From NCBI GenBank assembly GCA_965219605.1, contig CBDCOC010000001.1, forward strand, positions 1,077,185-1,141,184: a DNA stretch of 64,000 nt. Reading direction: 5' to 3'. How positions within the stretch are numbered: the stretch's first letter is position 1; each line of letters starts with the position of its first letter. Below the pieces are notes generated by a model, which had not been told where the DNA came from, did no database searches, and was given only the letters and a program-made list of their open reading frames with translations. Position numbers and translations under genes: made by a program. Positions 59,100 to 64,000 of this stretch are shown here, one piece after another. Source of the DNA: Bryobacterales bacterium (GTDB lineage: Bacteria; Acidobacteriota; Terriglobia; Bryobacterales; UBA6623).

Positions 59100-59579
59100 A
59101 TGCAAGGCAATGCCAAAGTCGTCGAACACCTCAACCGTGTGCTCAAGGGCGAATTCACGGCGATCCACCAGTACATCGTCCACGCGGAGATGTGCGACAA
59201 CTGGGGCTATAGCAAGCTCGGCGGGTTCATCAAGCAGCAGGCCATCGGAGAGATGCGCCACGCCGAAATCTTGATCGAGCGGATCCTGTTCTTGGAAGGA
59301 GTGCCCGGCATGGGCGAGCTGAGCCCGCTGAACATCGGCCAAGACGTCCAAGAACAGCTCGGCAACGATGTGCAGCTGGAGTACGAGGCGGTCCGCATCC
59401 TCAACGTTGCCATCAAGGATGCGGTCGAGGCTGGCGACAACGCGTCGCGGGAGCTATTCGAGACGATTCTCAAAGACGAAGAGGAGCACGTCGACTGGCT
59501 GGAATCCCAGCTGCAGATGATCGACGACATGGGGCTGGGCATCTACCTCTCGCAGCAGCTTCCGGACGCCGCGGCCTAG
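59100..59579 (+). CDS. bfr: Bacterioferritin
   Basis: MQGNAKVVEHLNRVLKGEFTAIHQY, the ferroxidase ligands (E..EMRHAE, EEEH), and the haem-ligand Met in AIGEMRH. 159 aa. Confidence 0.92.
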   Translation: MQGNAKVVEHLNRVLKGEFTAIHQYIVHAEMCDNWGYSKLGGFIKQQAIGEMRHAEILIERILFLEGVPGMGELSPLNIGQDVQEQLGNDVQLEYEAVRILNVAIKDAVEAGDNASRELFETILKDEEEHVDWLESQLQMIDDMGLGIYLSQQLPDAAA

Positions 59580-59977
59580 TCCAGCACGACTTCCATCAAC
59601 TGCCCCAGCAGCGGGTAGTACTGCACGCGCACCTTGGCGCCAACGGGGACCTCTTCCAACCGCAGGCGCGACTTGCCAATGCGCTTGGCAGCCTTCTTGC
59701 CCGCCTTGACATGCTCGCGCCCCGGCGGCTGAGCGAACGAGAGATCGATCGCCCCAGTCTTGGCCAAGGCCAGGCTGACGGTCCGCTTGCGCAGGTCTAC
59801 CGCCGTCACGGTGCCCTTCGCCTTGACCACCGCGAGCATGCCCTCGGGACGCGTCCCCTCGAGCGCCCCGTCGGCGTTGTCGTTGACGCCCGGGCGCGTG
59901 CTCGAGCTGACCGTCCGCTGCTGCGCGAAAGCGGAGCAGGCGCATAGCACCAACGCTAGGAGCGGGCGCAGTGACAT
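59576..59977 (-). CDS. Secreted hypothetical protein (133 aa)
   Basis: Signal peptide MSLRPLLALVLCACSAFAQQ. No motif recognised. It is convergent with bfr, and the two stop codons overlap. Confidence 0.55.
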   Translation of the reverse strand: MSLRPLLALVLCACSAFAQQRTVSSSTRPGVNDNADGALEGTRPEGMLAVVKAKGTVTAVDLRKRTVSLALAKTGAIDLSFAQPPGREHVKAGKKAAKRIGKSRLRLEEVPVGAKVRVQYYPLLGQLMEVVLD

Positions 59978-60046
59978 GTCACGACCTCCGTTGCCTGCCG
60001 CGAGCACCCGCTGCGCGGGAATGCTCGCCCCGGCCCGGATCTTCCA

Positions 60047-60568
60047 TCACAAAACCGAGCGCAGGTAATTCGCGATCTCGGGCCGCAGCCAGTCTTCCGG
60101 GCCGACATACTTGCGCAGCACCCTGCCCTCGCGCGAGATCAGGTAGGACTCGGGATACTTCATTGTGCCGTACCGCACGCTGACGGCCCGCTCTGGATCG
60201 CGGGCCGTGGGGAAGGTCACGCCGGAACTGTCCAAGAACGCTCGGTATCGGCTGTCGTCCTCGTCAACGCTGATGCCGACCACGACGAAACCCCGGCCCC
60301 GCAGTTCTTGGTAGAGCGCGTCCAAGGAGGGCATTTCCTGCACGCACGGCGGGCACCAAGTGGCCCAGAAGTTCAACAGCACCACCTTGCCGCGATAGTC
60401 ATCCAAACTGACGCCGACCCCCTGCTCGTCGGTCACGCTGAAGCCCGGCGCGCGGTCGCCCTCCCCAACATCATAGACGCGCAGGTAGCCCTGCACGCGG
60501 TAGACCATCCCGACAGCAAGGGCTAGCGCCAAGCCGTAGACCGCGGTCTCCCTGCTGATGCGTGCCAT
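60047..60568 (-). CDS. TlpA/ResA-like thiol:disulfide oxidoreductase (membrane-anchored thioredoxin)
   Basis: TM anchor AVYGLALALAVGMVY and the WATWCPPC active site. Confidence 0.88.
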   Translation of the reverse strand: MARISRETAVYGLALALAVGMVYRVQGYLRVYDVGEGDRAPGFSVTDEQGVGVSLDDYRGKVVLLNFWATWCPPCVQEMPSLDALYQELRGRGFVVVGISVDEDDSRYRAFLDSSGVTFPTARDPERAVSVRYGTMKYPESYLISREGRVLRKYVGPEDWLRPEIANYLRSVL

Positions 60569-60626
60569 AATATTAAGGTACAGTTCCACTCTAACCGCCA
60601 AGAGTGGCAACTGCCAAATCCCCGCG

Positions 60627-61046
60627 ATGCTGATCACGCGCAAGGCCGAATTCTCGGCATCGCACGTTTGCTCCAGCCCGCAGCTATCGCCGCAAGAGAA
60701 CGAGCGGCTGTACGGCCACGAGAGCCGCCCGCACGGCCACGGCCACAACTACGTGCTCGAAGTCACCGTGCGCGGGGACATCGATCCGGTGCATGGCATG
60801 GTCCTTGACCTGAAGGAACTCAAGGAAATCATCCGAGAAAACGTCCTGGACATCTACGATCACAGGTTCCTCAACCGCGAGGTGCCCCCGTTCGACAAGG
60901 TCGTTCCGACCGCCGAGAACATCGCCGGCGATATCTGGCGCCGGCTCAGCGACCCCATCGGAAGGCTGGGGGCGACGCTGCATTCGATCCGCCTGCACGA
61001 GAGCGACGAGCTGTTCGTGGAAGTCAGCAAGCCGGCAGCGCAGTGA
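60627..61046 (+). CDS. 6-pyruvoyl-tetrahydropterin synthase-like protein, paralogue lacking the catalytic Cys
   Basis: FSASHVC..., the zinc-His motif PHGHGHNY, and the DH pair in YDHRFLN. YGHESRPHGHGH stands where PTPS has FGKCNNPNGHGH (Cys replaced by Glu). Confidence 0.85.
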   Translation: MLITRKAEFSASHVCSSPQLSPQENERLYGHESRPHGHGHNYVLEVTVRGDIDPVHGMVLDLKELKEIIRENVLDIYDHRFLNREVPPFDKVVPTAENIAGDIWRRLSDPIGRLGATLHSIRLHESDELFVEVSKPAAQ

Positions 61047-61486
61047 CCACGCTCACCAAACGGTACGGCTTCGCCGCCTCCCATCGGCTGTGGACGCCTG
61101 CGCTGAGCGAGCGGCGCAATCGCGAAGTCTTCGGCAAGTGCGCCAACCCGCACGGGCACGGCCACAACTACTACCTCGAGGTCAGCATTGATGGCGAGCC
61201 GGACCCGCGCAGCGGCATGGTCGTGCAGAGATCTGCCCTCGACCGCTGGGTTCGGCGCACCGTCATCGAGCGTCTTGACCGCACGCACCTCAATGCGGAG
61301 ATCCATGAGTTCGCAACGCTTGCCCCCACGTCCGAGAACCTGCTGGTCGTGATCGAAGGCTGGTTGCTGGGGACATGGCCCGAGCACTTCCCGCGCGAGA
61401 AGCTGCGCCTGGCCGGATTGCGCCTGGAAGAAACCCCGCGCAACAGCTTCCGCGCCGTGCCGGAGGCGGGCGCAACCACGACATGA
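61043..61486 (+). CDS. 6-pyruvoyl-tetrahydropterin / 6-carboxy-tetrahydropterin synthase (PTPS/QueD family)
   Basis: GTG start overlapping the upstream stop (GTGA). FAASHRL, and [14 protein letters not shown] with Cys present. LDRTHLN stands where the LDH(K/H)xLN motif is expected. Confidence 0.85.
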   Translation: MTTLTKRYGFAASHRLWTPALSERRNREVFGKCANPHGHGHNYYLEVSIDGEPDPRSGMVVQRSALDRWVRRTVIERLDRTHLNAEIHEFATLAPTSENLLVVIEGWLLGTWPEHFPREKLRLAGLRLEETPRNSFRAVPEAGATTT

Positions 61487-62100
61487 AACCACCCGCAGCA
61501 GAAAGAAACCCCAAGGGCCAAGCCCCTGACCCGGGATCGCCCGACAAAATCGAGCGCATGGCGGGGGAGATCCTCACAATCTTGGGCGAGGACATCGAGC
61601 GCGACGGCTTGCGCGCAACCCCCAAGCGCTATGCGAAAGTAATGCGCGAGCTAACGCAGGGCTATGCCCAAGACCCCAAGGCGGTCCTGCAATCGGCCCT
61701 GTTCGACGTCTCCTATGACGAGATGGTGATCGTCAAGGACATCGAGGTCTTCTCGCTGTGCGAGCATCACATGCTGCCGTTCTTCGGCCGCATGCATATC
61801 GCCTACCTGCCGCATGAGAAAGTCATCGGCCTGAGCAAGACAGCGCGCATCGTCGATATTTTCGCCCGCCGCTTGCAGATCCAAGAGCGGCTTACCCAGC
61901 AGGTGGCAGAAACGATCCAAGAGGCGATCCAGCCCGTCGGCGTGGGCGTGGTTTGCGAAGCGCAGCACCTGTGCATGATGATGCGCGGCGTGGAGAAGCA
62001 GCACTCTGCAACCATCACCAGCGCAATGCTGGGCGTGTTCCGCGACAACCCGCAGACTAGGGAGGAGTTCCTGTCGCTGGTCTCCGGCGGGCGGCGCTAG
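61483..62100 (+). CDS. folE: GTP cyclohydrolase I (FolE type I)
   Basis: The ATG overlaps the upstream stop (ATGA). Motifs [35 protein letters not shown] and [12 protein letters not shown]. Confidence 0.92.
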   Translation: MKPPAAERNPKGQAPDPGSPDKIERMAGEILTILGEDIERDGLRATPKRYAKVMRELTQGYAQDPKAVLQSALFDVSYDEMVIVKDIEVFSLCEHHMLPFFGRMHIAYLPHEKVIGLSKTARIVDIFARRLQIQERLTQQVAETIQEAIQPVGVGVVCEAQHLCMMMRGVEKQHSATITSAMLGVFRDNPQTREEFLSLVSGGRR

Positions 62101-62150
62101 CTCGCATCACGCCTTCCCCGCCCCGGCGGCGACCATAGGTCGCAACTGCC

Positions 62151-64000
62151 ATGCCGCTCACCCGCCGCCATTTCAACGCAATCGCGCTAGGGGCCCTGCC
62201 CGTCTCCCACGCCCGGCCCGGCGGCGGCGACTGGCGCGCGTGGGGCCACGATCCGGGTGGGACGAGATACAGCCCGCTGGCCCAGATTCACCGCGGCAAC
62301 GTCTCCGAGCTGCAGCTGGCGTGGACGCACCACTGCGGGGAGGTCAGCGACGGCTCCCGCAACCCAACTCGCACGGCGTACGAATGCACTCCGCTGATGG
62401 CCGACGGCAGCCTCTACGTCACCACGCCGTACAATCGCGTGCTGTCTCTGGATCCCGAAACGGGCAGCGAGCGCTGGGCGTTCGATCCGGGCCTCGACCT
62501 AGGCAGGCGCTATAACCTCTGGGCCAATCGTGGCGTGGGCCTTTGGCAGAACGGCTCGGAACGGCGGCTTCTGCACGGCACGCTGGACGGCCGGCTGATC
62601 GCCCTGGATGCATCCACCGGCAAGCCGTGCGCGGACTTCGGCGAGGCGGGCCAGGTATCGGTCGGGGCACGTCTGACCTCCCCTCCGGCAATTGTTGGCG
62701 ACTTGGCGGTAATCGGCGGCAACGCACCCACGCTACGAGCGTTCGACGTTCGCAGCGGCAAACTGGCCTGGACGAGGCACAAAGTGCCGGAGGAGGACAG
62801 GGCGGCCCGGCGGACATGGGCGGGAAATTCGTGGAAACGGCGGCGCGGCGGAGTCGCTTGGGCTCCGCTGAGTGTGGATCTGGAGCGCGGTCTCCTGTTC
62901 GTTCGTACCGACTCGCCAACCTACGACTACTACGGGGCCGACCGCGCCGGCGACAACCTGTACTCCAACTGCGTGCTGGCACTGAACGCCGCCAGCGGGG
63001 AATACGCTTGGCACTTCCAAGCCACCCATCACGACATCTGGGACTACGACCTCTGCGCACAGCCGGTGCTGTGCGACATCCGGCGCGATGGCGCCACAAT
63101 CCCGGCAGTGGTGCAGACCAGCAAGCAAGGATTCGTGTATGTGCTCCACCGCCTGACCGGCGAGCCTCTGTTTGACATCGAGGAGACGCCCGTGCCGCAA
63201 CACGGCGCCCCTGGCGAGCAACCGGCAGCGACGCAGCCGATCCCGGCGAAGCCAGGCCCTTTTGTCAGGCAGTCGATGTCTCCGGACGAGTTGTCCGCAG
63301 TCACCCCCGAGCACCATGCATGGGCGCGGGAACTGGCAAGCCGCTATCCGATCGCTCCGTTGTACCACCCGGGCACGGAGCAAGGCGTGATCGTCTTTCC
63401 CTGCAACCAAGGCGGCGGGGAGTGGGGCGGAGGCTGCTTTAACCCGGAGACCGGCCGTTTCTTCATCAACGGCACCAACCTCGCGGACATCATTGTCCTG
63501 GAAGCCCGCACGGCCGAGCGGCCCGGACAGACGAGCGGGCGCGAGATCATCACGCGCGAGGGGCTGGGCGAATCCGTCACCTATCGACGCCTGCGCATCG
63601 ACGTGCGCCAGAACAAGTTCTGGGATCCGCAAACGCTCTGGCCCTGCCAGCAGCCGCCTTGGGGCGTGCTGAGCTCGCTCGACCTCGCGACGGGCGACTA
63701 CGTCTGGCAGGTTCCCCTCGGCGAAGTCCCGGAACTGAGCGCCCGCGGCGTGGCACGTACGGGCACGATCAACATGGGCGGGCCGACCGTGACTGCGGGA
63801 GGCTTGGTGTTCATCGGCGGCAGCAACGACCGCCGCTTCCGAGCCTTCGACGCAGACACAGGCAGCATTCTGTGGGAGGCCGAACTCGAGGGCAGCGGCC
63901 ACGCCAATCCGATGACATACGAGGGCCCCGACTCGGGGCGGCAGTTCGTGGTGATCGCAGCCGGCGGCGGCAACAAGCTCAGTCACAAATTCGCGGACGC
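62151..64000 (+). CDS. PQQ-dependent dehydrogenase (glucose/quinate-type beta-propeller), 3' end outside window
   Basis: My own translation from ATG 62151 stays open to the window end (~616 codons). It is not in the ORF track because it has no stop. Segments include WRAWGHDPGGTRYSPLAQI, LYVTTPYNRVLSLDPETGSERW, GDNLYSNCVLALNAASGEYAWHFQATHHDIWDYD and GGLVFIGGSNDRRFRAFDADTGSILWE. Confidence 0.85.
   Translation, partial: MPLTRRHFNAIALGALPVSHARPGGGDWRAWGHDPGGTRYSPLAQIHRGNVSELQLAWTHHCGEVSDGSRNPTRTAYECTPLMADGSLYVTTPYNRVLSLDPETGSERWAFDPGLDLGRRYNLWANRGVGLWQNGSERRLLHGTLDGRLIALDASTGKPCADFGEAGQVSVGARLTSPPAIVGDLAVIGGNAPTLRAFDVRSGKLAWTRHKVPEEDRAARRTWAGNSWKRRRGGVAWAPLSVDLERGLLFVRTDSPTYDYYGADRAGDNLYSNCVLALNAASGEYAWHFQATHHDIWDYDLCAQPVLCDIRRDGATIPAVVQTSKQGFVYVLHRLTGEPLFDIEETPVPQHGAPGEQPAATQPIPAKPGPFVRQSMSPDELSAVTPEHHAWARELASRYPIAPLYHPGTEQGVIVFPCNQGGGEWGGGCFNPETGRFFINGTNLADIIVLEARTAERPGQTSGREIITREGLGESVTYRRLRIDVRQNKFWDPQTLWPCQQPPWGVLSSLDLATGDYVWQVPLGEVPELSARGVARTGTINMGGPTVTAGGLVFIGGSNDRRFRAFDADTGSILWEAELEGSGHANPMTYEGPDSGRQFVVIAAGGGNKLSHKFAD

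Noticed and set aside
60586-60607. Hairpin CCACTCT-aaccgcca-AGAGTGG in the 58-nt divergent intergenic region upstream of the PTPS/folE genes, considered as a preQ1 or THF-type riboswitch.
   Set aside because: The stem/loop sizes and the downstream sequence (caactgccaaatcccc) do not match the preQ1-I/II or THF consensus as I remember them. The region is too short for the other classes. It may be a protein operator or nothing.

Overview
High-GC bacterial chromosome segment. The gene content points to an Acidobacteriota- or Planctomycetota-like soil bacterium: a PSCyt/DUF1549/DUF1553 + DUF1501 pair, Tat-signal Gfo/Idh/MocA oxidoreductases and a sugar-phosphate isomerase, several sulfatases, and hopanoid genes. 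The taxon is inference only.

Core genes:
- uvrA 3' end overlapping a 7-haem cytochrome c gene
- an hpnI-like GT, shc and hpnH hopanoid cluster, followed by Zn-ADH, aguB and aguA
- htrA-type protease, lysS, recJ, hemL, moaB, fabV, rmuC, bfr
- two PTPS/QueD paralogues plus folE
- a PQQ-dependent dehydrogenase (62151 to window end). It is missing from the supplied ORF track because it has no stop codon in the window.
- one tRNA-Ala(GGC)

Accessory content:
- Three different DDE insertion sequences have termini and target-site duplications that I could read directly: 5860-8022, 23218-25385 and 33305-35142. There is also a pile of IS fragments at 32.7-36.6 kb.
- An Rpn-family nuclease gene carries a tandem copy of only its C-terminal half.
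- There are Fic and Uma2 pseudogenes and an orphan AAA-ATPase/PD-(D/E)XK gene.

Best hunt candidates, all unproven:
- an AT-richer two-gene cassette (degenerate PLD/Nuc-like protein plus 3-TM protein, 55976-57108)
- a 251-bp TTTA-flanked, hairpin-dense insertion containing a 76-nt four-helix junction (35296-35546)
- the Rpn full-length / C-terminal-half arrangement
- a 1120-aa secreted protein built from two [plant-type LRR + reprolysin-like metalloprotease] modules
- a GluR0-type ligand-gated K+ channel
- a PTPS paralogue pair with complementary catalytic residues

I saw no CRISPR array, rRNA or prophage. Many long ORFs in the track are antisense or shadow ORFs typical of high-GC DNA and were not called. 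No database searches were run, so all family calls rest on motifs I recognise by eye.
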